Positions 48,338-57,500 of a stretch of DNA of 64,000 nt are shown here, piece after piece. The notes beneath the pieces were generated by a model. That model was not told the origin of the DNA. It saw only the letters and a program-made list of their open reading frames with translations, and made no database searches. Source of the DNA: a plasmid; sequence record NZ_CP019224.1; one strand, 5' to 3'. The position numbers were made by a program, and so were the translations under genes. The number at the start of each line of letters is the position of its first letter. The first letter of the stretch is position 1.

Positions 48338-49450
48338 GTGAACGTCGAAGATGCTCAGTTCATGGCGCTGCAGCTGCTGTCGAAGTCGACCTACACCTCG
48401 GCTGCGCCGGTGACGACGCGGCGTTATTCCCACACTGCCGGTGTGGCCGCGACCGCTGGGCGGCTGGCGCGGGTACTGGCACCCGGACATGAGGAGGACA
48501 TCGTTACTGCGGCGTGGCTGCATGACATTGGCTATTCCCCGGATTTGGTGGATACCGGTTTTCACCCGCTCGATGGCGCCAGATACGCCCAACAGGCCGG
48601 GATTTCACCCAATGTGGTGAGTTTGATCGCGCATCATACGGGCGCGGTGGTCGAGGCTCGTGAAAGAGGGCTGCACGAGCAGCTAGCAGCGTTTCCGTTG
48701 CCGGCCGACGTGGCGGAGCTGGCCATCCTCAGCTGTGCCGATTTGTGCACAGGCCCCGATGGCGTCCCGATCGATCCGGCCGAGCGGCTCGCCGAGGTAC
48801 TTCAGCGGTACCCGACAACAGATCCCGTGCACCGCGCCATCACCACGTCAGCGCCACTGCTGATCGCTCAGGCGCGGCTGGTTCTCGCGGCCGCGGAGGC
48901 GGCCGGATACGAGGCGCCGCGGGTGGACCTTCCTGGCCGCGTTGACTATGTGCCGGCGGGGCGGCAGTGGTGTGCGGTGTGGTCGGATGTCCACTACCGT
49001 GTCAGCGCCCGCCGGGTGTCACAGGAGGTCAGCGGCAAGACGTCGAAGATTGCCAACGGCGTCGGGATCTGTCTGGCGAGCCCACCGGAGGTGTGGGATT
49101 GCGTCGAGGCCGAATCGCTGAGTGCTGATCTGGGCGCGGCGAGCGCCGCTGCGTCAGGAAATGCGTTGTTCTGGCAGGAATACCGCGCTGATCCTGCGGA
49201 ATTTTGGTTCCGCGTCGACGACGAGGACCCGACTAGCACATTCTATTTCGACGATGTTGTCCAACTCCTGCTCGACATGGCAGCGCGCGCCCGTCCAGTC
49301 CGGATTCAGCAACGCACCTTCACGACCCTCAGCGACGTTAGCGAATGGACCGACATTGCACGCCTCACCAATGATCGACCGGTCGATCTGCGCAGTGTGA
49401 AGTTCATTCCACGGTCCACTGTGGTTGGCGAAAGTGCCAGCGATGCATGA
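48338..49450 (+). CDS. HD-domain phosphohydrolase fused to an uncharacterised C-terminal domain
   Basis: HD signature H...AAWLHDIGY...H in the first 130 aa; C-terminal 200 aa have no motif I recognise. Confidence 0.6.
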   Translation: MNVEDAQFMALQLLSKSTYTSAAPVTTRRYSHTAGVAATAGRLARVLAPGHEEDIVTAAWLHDIGYSPDLVDTGFHPLDGARYAQQAGISPNVVSLIAHHTGAVVEARERGLHEQLAAFPLPADVAELAILSCADLCTGPDGVPIDPAERLAEVLQRYPTTDPVHRAITTSAPLLIAQARLVLAAAEAAGYEAPRVDLPGRVDYVPAGRQWCAVWSDVHYRVSARRVSQEVSGKTSKIANGVGICLASPPEVWDCVEAESLSADLGAASAAASGNALFWQEYRADPAEFWFRVDDEDPTSTFYFDDVVQLLLDMAARARPVRIQQRTFTTLSDVSEWTDIARLTNDRPVDLRSVKFIPRSTVVGESASDA

Positions 49451-49596
49451 AGTTACGGCGTTTATCGGCTGCGGTATCCGTGGCCGCCGGCTCTGTAACG
49501 GGACTGTGCCCGCGGCAGTGCCGGTCATCAACCACAGGACCTGGGCCAAACACTCGCGGCCCAGAACACCAACCATCACCAAGTTAAGGAGCACAA

Positions 49597-50013
49597 GTGA
49601 GCACAGTGGATGATCCAACCATCCTGGTAGGCAGCCCGTCCGAGGCGATGACAGCAGCTCAGGCGCTACTGGATTCGGCGTCGGCCGGACGCGACCACCA
49701 CTACGACGTCTGGGCCACCGTGGCTGTGGCCCCGCTCGCGGCGATGCTGTATGCGGCATCCCCAGTAGGCAACAGCCAGGGCATCAGCTGGGTGGTGCAG
49801 GCCGCCACCACTATCGACGTGGCCACCGATGCGGACACACCCAGCTGGCGCAACACCATTGCGGCATTGGATGACCAACCGCTGCTGAGTAATTCGCTCG
49901 AACGCGTGCTGGGCTGGGACACCCGCCAACGGGACAGCATCGCAATCACCCTGCGCGATGCACTGCTGCCATGGCTGCCGACCGAAAGCGCAAGGCGCGC
50001 AAGCGGTGAATGA
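49597..50013 (+). CDS. standalone paralog of the T4CP all-alpha domain
   Basis: 138 aa; APLAAMLYAASPVGNSQGISWV...DTRQRDSIAITLRDALLPWL aligns with T4CP residues (APLAAMLYAASPCGNGKGIEWV...DPRQRDSIALTMRKAVTPWM); AAGGAG RBS 6 nt upstream of GTG. Confidence 0.6.
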   Translation: MSTVDDPTILVGSPSEAMTAAQALLDSASAGRDHHYDVWATVAVAPLAAMLYAASPVGNSQGISWVVQAATTIDVATDADTPSWRNTIAALDDQPLLSNSLERVLGWDTRQRDSIAITLRDALLPWLPTESARRASGE

Positions 50014-50234
50014 CTCACGGAAGTTTCCGTGGCTGGGCGGCCTCGCCGCGGCCATCACCGTAGCGGTGCTGCTGATCGCGGTGGCCATCCACGGCACGCT
50101 GCAGGTGATCGACGACGTTGCCAACCAGGTCACAGACGCAAGTTACCAGCCCTAACGTTGCCCTCATCGCCGCGGCCAACTTCGCAATGGCCAGGGCGAC
50201 AACAATAATCACGACCAAAGATCGGGAATCACCA

Positions 50235-50801
50235 ATGGCTGATACGCCGCACTTCCTCGACTCCATTGACGTCGACCCAGCAGACCCAAACAGCAACGAT
50301 CCCTGGGGGACGGACCCGGAACCGCGCTACGCACGCTTCGAGGCCGACGACGCTGCGGTACGCAAGGACGCAGCGATAGATTTCGCCCTCGACGAGGCGC
50401 ATAGCAATGCCCGATGGTCGCGCATTTACTCCGACTGCGCGCGTAGTGAAGCCAACCGGGCCACGATCTACCGTGACACCGCCGAGACCTGGGCCGCCTG
50501 CTCGGATATCGATGCCGACAGAGCAAGTGTGAGCGCCGGCAGTGCCTGGTTAGCTGCGGAGACGGCTAACCTAAGTGCTGAAATCGCCGGCAGTGCAGCG
50601 CGATCGGCCACCGCGGATCGCCGCCTGGCGTTTAGCCTGACCATGTTCGTGCTAGGGCTCATTCTTGGCGTCATGCTCGCTGTCCTGATCTATCTGTGGG
50701 TGATCGCGATTGCCCACGATGCAGCGCCTGGAACGCCAGGGCTACTACCGCACCACGGTGCCACACCGACTGCAGACCAGCAGTTCAAGCTCGCATCGTG
50801 A
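50235..50801 (+). CDS. hypothetical protein with C-terminal TM
   Basis: Start uncertain (track ORF from 50118); C-terminal hydrophobic helix FSLTMFVLGLILGVMLAVLIYLWVIAIA. Confidence 0.35.
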   Translation: MADTPHFLDSIDVDPADPNSNDPWGTDPEPRYARFEADDAAVRKDAAIDFALDEAHSNARWSRIYSDCARSEANRATIYRDTAETWAACSDIDADRASVSAGSAWLAAETANLSAEIAGSAARSATADRRLAFSLTMFVLGLILGVMLAVLIYLWVIAIAHDAAPGTPGLLPHHGATPTADQQFKLAS

Positions 50802-50828
50802 TCTGACAAGCGCGAAAGGCGTTCGCGA

Positions 50829-51155
50829 ATGAACCCATCACCGCTGCCGGCGACACCCACTGAGGCGCCACCACATCTCTGCCACGCTCGCGGCTGCGAC
50901 ACTGAGATTGAACCGCGGTTATTCATGTGTCCGGCCCATTGGGCTCAAGTACCACCTGTGCTTCGTGAGTCGATCAAGTCGACCTATCGGCCAGGCCAGG
51001 AACTCGACAAACAGCCCAGTGAGCAGTACCTGGCATTCGCGGCCGCCGCGATCGCCGAGGTAGCGCACAAAGAAGAACGGCAGCGGCAGCGAGGCCGCCG
51101 CGCACCTTCCAAACCGGTGCAGCTGGCCCTGTTCGACGTCGCACCCAGACGATGA
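50829..51155 (+). CDS. small protein with putative zinc-ribbon (C-x4-C...C-x2-H)
   Basis: 108 aa; CHARGCDTEIEPRLFMCPAHW. Confidence 0.4.
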   Translation: MNPSPLPATPTEAPPHLCHARGCDTEIEPRLFMCPAHWAQVPPVLRESIKSTYRPGQELDKQPSEQYLAFAAAAIAEVAHKEERQRQRGRRAPSKPVQLALFDVAPRR

Positions 51156-51197
51156 AAATTATTTTTGAAGATTGCAGCGCAAGGAGATTAGGGCAGG

Positions 51198-51524
51198 ATG
51201 CGCGAAGGCGATGGCGACCCGCCACGGTATTTCGTGGCGCTGAGCTCGGGAACCGGGTACCTCACTGACCATACCGGTCTTGTCGAGACGCTTCAGCGAC
51301 AGAGCGAGTTTGATTGGTACGTGGCCGAAGACGTGCCCATGGTCCCCACTATATGGATAAGCGTGGGCGACAGTGAGTTTCGGCAGCTCCGGATGACACG
51401 GAGACACGTCGGCGGCTCCCGAACCTGCATCGAAGAGCAATGGACGCTAATCGACACACGTACCGGGCAAGTGGTTGAACGGCTCACCACTTCCTACGCC
51501 GAACCCGAGCCGGGGTGGGCCTAG
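51198..51524 (+). CDS. hypothetical protein
   Basis: 108-aa frame, balanced composition. Confidence 0.4.
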   Translation: MREGDGDPPRYFVALSSGTGYLTDHTGLVETLQRQSEFDWYVAEDVPMVPTIWISVGDSEFRQLRMTRRHVGGSRTCIEEQWTLIDTRTGQVVERLTTSYAEPEPGWA

Positions 51525-51623
51525 GAGCAGCACCGCTTGGCGATTCTGAACTAGTTGGTGGTTACGACATGTCCTATGCCGCTGAGAGAATGCCGCAAAG
51601 ATAAGAATCGAACTGGGGTGGCG

Positions 51624-52145
51624 ATGAGCATTGAAGATGACACGTTGGGGCCGGCCGATGTCACGTTCAGTGACGGTCAAACGGAGCGGTACGCGGCCGT
51701 TGAGCTACTCAATGATGGGGTTCTCAAAACCACGCAGCGCGCCGCGTTCGAGCACCCGGAGTTCGGTACCGGAATCGGCGAAACACAGGTGCGTTACCAC
51801 GCGCCACACACGTGGCGCTATGTAGAGCTCGTGGCCATCGAGAACGGCACCTTGTGGGTCAGCGACGCCGACTGGGAGAGCGAAGAAGCCGCCAAATGGG
51901 AACAGCTCGCAGGGTGCGTCTCGGTCGAAAACGCGTACCAGGTGATCGCCGACTATTTGCTAAAGCACTACGCCAAGTACTACGGAGCGCACGCCCTGGA
52001 GAGTGCCCGGACGACCTTCAACCTTGAGCCCAATGAATCACGGGCGTCAAAAGAGGTCAGGAACGATGAGGGCGAGCCCCGGCGGCTGGCCTTCCGCTGG
52101 GCAAGCACCCCGAGGGCGACGGGGCCTTTTAGCCCTTTTATGTGA
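51624..52145 (+). CDS. hypothetical protein
   Basis: GGGGTGG RBS before ATG 51624; 173 aa, balanced composition. Confidence 0.45.
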   Translation: MSIEDDTLGPADVTFSDGQTERYAAVELLNDGVLKTTQRAAFEHPEFGTGIGETQVRYHAPHTWRYVELVAIENGTLWVSDADWESEEAAKWEQLAGCVSVENAYQVIADYLLKHYAKYYGAHALESARTTFNLEPNESRASKEVRNDEGEPRRLAFRWASTPRATGPFSPFM

Positions 52146-52188
52146 AAGACGGGGGCGCACCAAATTGGGCTGAGCGTCGCGCACGGCC

Positions 52189-52800
52189 GTGGTGTCTCGG
52201 TATGGTTTTCCCATGTCGTTGCTTGCGACGTCGCCGATGATTTCGGATGTCTGGGTGGCTCAACGGCTGCCTGACTTGCCACCGGCCCGTGAGTTTCTGA
52301 TGTCAGCCGGGTTCGGCGGGGCTGCGGCCCTGCTGGCAGCCCTCGTGTTGGCCGCCGTCGCACTGTTTGCGGTCGGGCGGGCCACCAAGCGCTACCAGCA
52401 AATTCGTGATGCCGAACGCGACAATGCGACAGTCCAGCAGTGCTGGCAGCGGCTGGTGTGGATAGTGGAAACCGCCGGTGTAGAACCGGCCGACAACCAA
52501 CGCGCCACCGTGGGATTGGGGCCAGAATTAGCTCTCGAACTGCTGCGGGGTTTGTTGCGCGACGCTGAGGATCTGCGCGCCGACACCCTCGCCGAGGCGG
52601 TCACGGTCTATCTGAACGAATTCTCGCGGCTCTTGGCCCACCAGGGCAGCGTGCCCTCAGAACCGTCCGCTACAGCCCCGGCCGACCAGCGGCCACGAGG
52701 AAATCAGCCCGCGGCCGAACCGGCACAGACTAATGGCGCACCGCCCGAGACCCCCAGCAAAGTGGCGGTCGCCAGCGATCGCCGCCGTCAGCGCCGATGA
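52189..52800 (+). CDS. hypothetical membrane-anchored protein
   Basis: N-terminal TM AALLAALVLAAVALFAV; start uncertain. Confidence 0.4.
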   Translation: MVSRYGFPMSLLATSPMISDVWVAQRLPDLPPAREFLMSAGFGGAAALLAALVLAAVALFAVGRATKRYQQIRDAERDNATVQQCWQRLVWIVETAGVEPADNQRATVGLGPELALELLRGLLRDAEDLRADTLAEAVTVYLNEFSRLLAHQGSVPSEPSATAPADQRPRGNQPAAEPAQTNGAPPETPSKVAVASDRRRQRR

Positions 52801-54164
52801 CACACCTGCGGCAGCACATCGAGGAACTCGACGTCGATCGCTGGGCGCCGATCACCAAACGGGCCGCCACCGCCGCGGTCGATGCTGCGCAGCGGCACGG
52901 CAAAGCCTCGCCTGCAGAGGTAGCCGCGGCGGCCGCGATGAGTGAATCTGAGCTCATCGAGCACCGCAACCGCGAAGGCCCAGCACCGCAACATCTTTCA
53001 CCGGTGATGCGGCTTGTCGAGGCCGATCATCGTCGCGCGGTAGCCGAGCATCAGACGCGCCAGGCCCAGCAGCTCCAACGCGACGCGGAAGCGGCCGCAC
53101 AGATAGCTCGCAGCGAGGCCGCGGAGTCCGCCCGGGCGGCCGCCGAGGCCCGCGAACAGGCGCGCAGAGCAGACACCGCGGCCGCGAGTAAGGCCGCCCA
53201 ACACGCCGCCGAACTTCGCAGCGCCCAACAGACTTTGGACGAGCTGCGCGCCGAGCTCGAACAGGTACGCGCCGACGCCGCCACCGAGCAGACCACGGCC
53301 GCCGAGCAGCTGCGCGCCGCCAATGAGCGGGCCGAAGAACGAGCTGCAGAGCGCCGCGAGGAACGCGCAGCCGCTCAGCAAGCCCTCGAAGAGGTCCGAG
53401 CCGAGCTCGAAAGGGTACGCGCCGACGCCGGCGCCGAAGTAGCAGCCGCCCAGGAGCAGGCGCGTGCCGCACAGGAACGCGCCGAACAACGCAGCGCCGA
53501 GCGGGCCGCCGAGCGCGGTGCAGCGCACCAAGCCCTAGAAGAGTTGCGCGGCGAGCTCGAAGAGGTCCGCGCTCGCTCGGCGGCCGAGGTCGCGGCCGTG
53601 CAGGGCCGCGCCGATGGCGAGGTTGCCACGGTGCGCGCTGCACTGGCACGGGCCCGGGCAGAAGCTGACGACGCTGTGACGGCTCTACATGCGGCTCAAG
53701 CAGAGGCCGCGCAGGCACGCGCAGAAGCCGAGCAGGCCCGCCTGGCCGGCGCGGGCGCCCCGGATCTGCTCAGTGTTCCTATTCCCGCCCCGGAAGTGCG
53801 GGCGCATACCGGCCCGATCGAAGACGCGCTCTCGGCGGTCGCTGCCCTTGACCAGGTACTGGAAGCCGGCATGATCAGCGACGGTCAGCCGGTCGACGGT
53901 GAGGCTGTCCGCGCCCTGGTGGCGACGGTGCAGCGGCAAGCCGCCGATCTGTCTGAGCAGTTACACGCCTTGTCGGCCCGGTACAGCGATGGTTGGCAAG
54001 CCCACGCCGCGCACACCTACGTGGGCGCGGCTACCCAGGCATACGGCGGCCTGCTGGCCCGAATCGCCTCGGCGACACAGCGGCTGGGCCAGCAAGATCC
54101 GACCGGTGACGCGGTGGCTGAGGTGGTGACGGCGATGCTCGACGCTCATCCTTGGCGGCGTTGA
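52797..54164 (+). CDS. coiled-coil protein with three internal tandem repeats of about 40 aa
   Basis: 455 aa; repeats ...ALEE[VL]R[AG]ELE[QRE]VRA... at about 53200-53620; Ala/Glu/Arg-rich heptads. Confidence 0.55.
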   Translation: MTHLRQHIEELDVDRWAPITKRAATAAVDAAQRHGKASPAEVAAAAAMSESELIEHRNREGPAPQHLSPVMRLVEADHRRAVAEHQTRQAQQLQRDAEAAAQIARSEAAESARAAAEAREQARRADTAAASKAAQHAAELRSAQQTLDELRAELEQVRADAATEQTTAAEQLRAANERAEERAAERREERAAAQQALEEVRAELERVRADAGAEVAAAQEQARAAQERAEQRSAERAAERGAAHQALEELRGELEEVRARSAAEVAAVQGRADGEVATVRAALARARAEADDAVTALHAAQAEAAQARAEAEQARLAGAGAPDLLSVPIPAPEVRAHTGPIEDALSAVAALDQVLEAGMISDGQPVDGEAVRALVATVQRQAADLSEQLHALSARYSDGWQAHAAHTYVGAATQAYGGLLARIASATQRLGQQDPTGDAVAEVVTAMLDAHPWRR

Positions 54165-54204
54165 GACCGACCGGACGCCAGATGGCGAATTTCGCCACCA
54201 AAAC

Positions 54205-54498
54205 CTACACGGGTGGGACGGCACGCAGCAGCTGATCTAGATGCGGTGCGGCGACGCTGTGCTGGTAGGCGCTAAGGCAGTCAGTGAGTTCAGCTTTGAG
54301 GTCGGCGGGCAAGGGCACGGCGTGCTGCACTAGCGCGCGCAAGACAGTGGTAATGGCGCGGTAGGAGTCACCTGCACCGAGCACGGCGTAAAGCTGGGCA
54401 CTTTCGGCGGCGGAAAGAGACGGGCTGGTGACGTCGACCAGCTTCCACGCCAAATCGGCTTCGGCCCAGGTGTCCACATGGTTATTGTCGCGGGACAT
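54205..54498 (-). CDS. hypothetical protein downstream of the relaxase
   Basis: 97-aa frame, balanced composition. Confidence 0.4.
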   Translation of the reverse strand: MSRDNNHVDTWAEADLAWKLVDVTSPSLSAAESAQLYAVLGAGDSYRAITTVLRALVQHAVPLPADLKAELTDCLSAYQHSVAAPHLDQLLRAVPPV

Positions 54499-54581
54499 CG
54501 ATGAAAGCGCTGCCCGACGCGAGACGGTGGTCTGGGCCCGTGCCGGGAAAAATTACACTGCTGCACCCACACGGTGGGCGG

Positions 54582-57500
54582 TTAGAGTTCGAGGCCGTTG
54601 CCGCGGTCTTGGTCGCGGCCGCGTGCGCGGTCGCGGGCAGCGATGGCATCCAATCGTGCTGTGCTGGTGGCGATGTCGGCCAGCTGGCCGAGAACCTGGT
54701 CGCGTTGGCGCAACAGTTGCTCGGCGCGGCTGCGCTCGGTGCTGGGCGTGTTGGTGGCGGCCACGTGGTGGGCGGCGCGGTCGATGGCGGTGCGGGTCTG
54801 GCGATACTCGGGGTCGGGGACGCCGAGTTGCTGGGCGTGCGGCAGGTCGTTGGCCAAGACGGTGAGCAGCGTGTGGTCGGGTTGCTGTTCGCCGGGGGTG
54901 GCGATGAGCAGGAGTTTGGTGTTGGTGGCGGCGGCGCTGTGGGCGAGCCAGCGCAGCTGATCGGCGGTGAGGGCATGGTCGTCGTCGACGATGAGCAGGC
55001 TGCCCAGCGGTAAGGTGCGGTGCTTGCTGGTGACATCGTCGCGGTAGGCGTCGATGGTGGTGGTCGCGTCGGCGTAGGTGCGCTCGGCGGACTCGGTGTC
55101 GGTCACTGCGATGGCGGGCTTGTTGTGGTGGTGGGCGGTGGCGGCCAGGGCGGCCAGTGCGGCGGTTTTGTCGGCGCCCGGGTGCACGTGGAGCAGTTGG
55201 ACGCTGTGGATGTTGGTGGTGATGGCGGTGACTGCGCGACGGTGCTTATCGTCGAGGGCTTCAAGGGCTGCCGGCGGGGGGCTGTACATCGCGGCGGGGC
55301 TGGCCGCGCTGGCGGCGGCAAGGAAGTCGACTTCGGCGTGGAGTTGGTCTAGGTCGGCGCCCAGATCGTAGGTGTGGGCGGGGGTTTGGGCCAGGGCACG
55401 GGCCGCGGCGGCTTCGGCGCGGGCGAGTTGGTCGTCGAGGGCGCGGGCCTGGCGGCGGGCGGCATTGAGGGTTTCGGTGTCGGCGCGCAGTGCGTAGGCG
55501 CGCCGGTCGTGCAGGTGTTGTTCGGTGACGATGCCGGCCGCGCCGCCGACGGTGGCGATGAGTTCGGCGCGGGCCTCATCGAGGCGGGCGCGGGCGGTGC
55601 GCACGGCGGTGTCGACCCGCTCGGTTTGTGCGCTGGCTTGGTTGTGGTGCTGCTGGTAGCGGTCGGCGGCGTCGTGTTCGCCGCGTTCGGTGGCCGCGGT
55701 GATCGCGGCCTCGAGCTGGGTGAGGAGTTGGCGGTGTAGCTCGGCGGTGTCTTCGGCGTGCACCCAGCGGGTGTGCGCGGCGGCTAGGGCCTGCTGGTAG
55801 GGGCGTTGGTCGACGAGCTGTTGGTGCAGTTGGGTGAGCTCGGCGGCGGCTGCGCGTTCGGCGGGCCCGCCGCCGCCGGTGAGGATGGCGTCGGCGAGCT
55901 GTTGTGCGTGCTGGTGGGCGGCGTCACGGTGGGCCCGCAGGCCGGGGATGTCGATGTCGTCGACGCGGGCGGGTGTGGCGGGCCGGGTGGTGGGCAGGTC
56001 GGCGATGTCGAGGCCGGCGAGGTCGTCTTCGACAAAGCCGTAGGGGTAGTCGTAGGGGTCGGGCGGGGGCTCGTGCAGATCGGCCTCGCTGATGAGGTGC
56101 TCGTTGAGGTCGAATTGTTGTTGGCCGGTGGGTGTTTCGGCTTGTTCGGCGGGGTGGGGGACGTCGGAGTCGATGGTGGCGGCGTGGTGGGCGAGCAGCT
56201 CGACGCGGTAGGTGAGCAGGCGGGCGTACTCGTCGGGGCGGATGGTTTGGGTGGCCGAGATGTCGTGGAGGTGTTCGGCGGCCGCGGCGAGCAGATCGTG
56301 CGGGGGCCAATCGGCGGCGGTGACCGCGGCGACCAGCCCGGGCCAGGCGGGATCGGTGATGACGGCCTCGGCGATGCGGGTACCTAGGAAGTGGTGCAAG
56401 TCGGCGGTCCAGGCGGGCCGCAGCTTGGTGTCGGTGCCTTCCAGTGAGGGGGGTGCCAGCGTACCGGCCAGTCGCCACCACAGGGCCGCGGCGGGCATTT
56501 CGGCGGGCAGGGGCCCATGTTGGGCCACGGCGTCGTGCAGCAGGGCGGCGACGTCGGCGCCGGCGCGGGCGGCGCCGTCAAGGTGGGTGGCCAGCCGCGG
56601 CCAGAACGGGTCGTCGGCGATGTGGGGGTCGAGGGTGGCGGTGAGTTGGCGCCAGCGGGTGGTGTCGGCGCCGGCGCGGGTGAGGGCGTCGTCGAGGCGG
56701 GTGTGGATGGCTTGTTGGACGATGGCTGAGCGGGTGGCGTTTTGGTGGGGTCCGGTGATGCGGGTGTCGGCTGGGTCGACGTTGTGGGCGGCGCGGAAGA
56801 CGGCGATTTCGGCGAGCAGGTTGCGGTGGTCGTCGAGCAGGGGGCGCGCCCATGCCGGTGCGGTGGCGGCATCCCAGCCGCGGGCGGTGGTGCGAATGTT
56901 TTCGGCGAGTTCGCCGACGAGTTGAGCGCGTTGCTGCAGGCAGGTCGCCCACGTTGGATCGGCGGCCAGGACGTCGGGGATGGCGGGTAGCCAGCGCAGC
57001 GGGCCGAGGTCTGCGGCGGTGTTGCCGATGGGGGCGGGCAGGCGCCAGTCGAGTACGGCGGCGGGGTCGTGCGCGTCGCCGAGCTGGGTGGCCGCGGCGT
57101 CGTGTAGGGCGGCGATGGGGTCGTGTCCTTCGATGGCCAGCAGGGCGAGGTGGCGGCGCAGGACGGGCCATGCTTGGGCTTCGGTCACCTGGTGGGGAAG
57201 CGCGGCGGCGGTGGTGTCGATGCGGGCCATGACGGCAGGGCCGGCGTGGTGTTCGGCGCCGGCGGTCAGGGCGTCGGTGTACATGTCGGCGACGCGGTGC
57301 AGCCGGTTGAAGGGGTCGATGTGGGCGGCGGCGGCGCTGTGGGCCGATAGTTGGGCTCCGTCGCGGGCCAGGATCGCGGAAAGAATGTCGACGGCGGTGG
57401 GGGGGTGGGTGGCTTTGGGCGCCAGGATGCGGTGCGGGTCGGCTTCGGCGGTGGAACCGTAGCAGTGGTTTTCGGTGCGGCCGCGGGTTAAGGCCACGTA

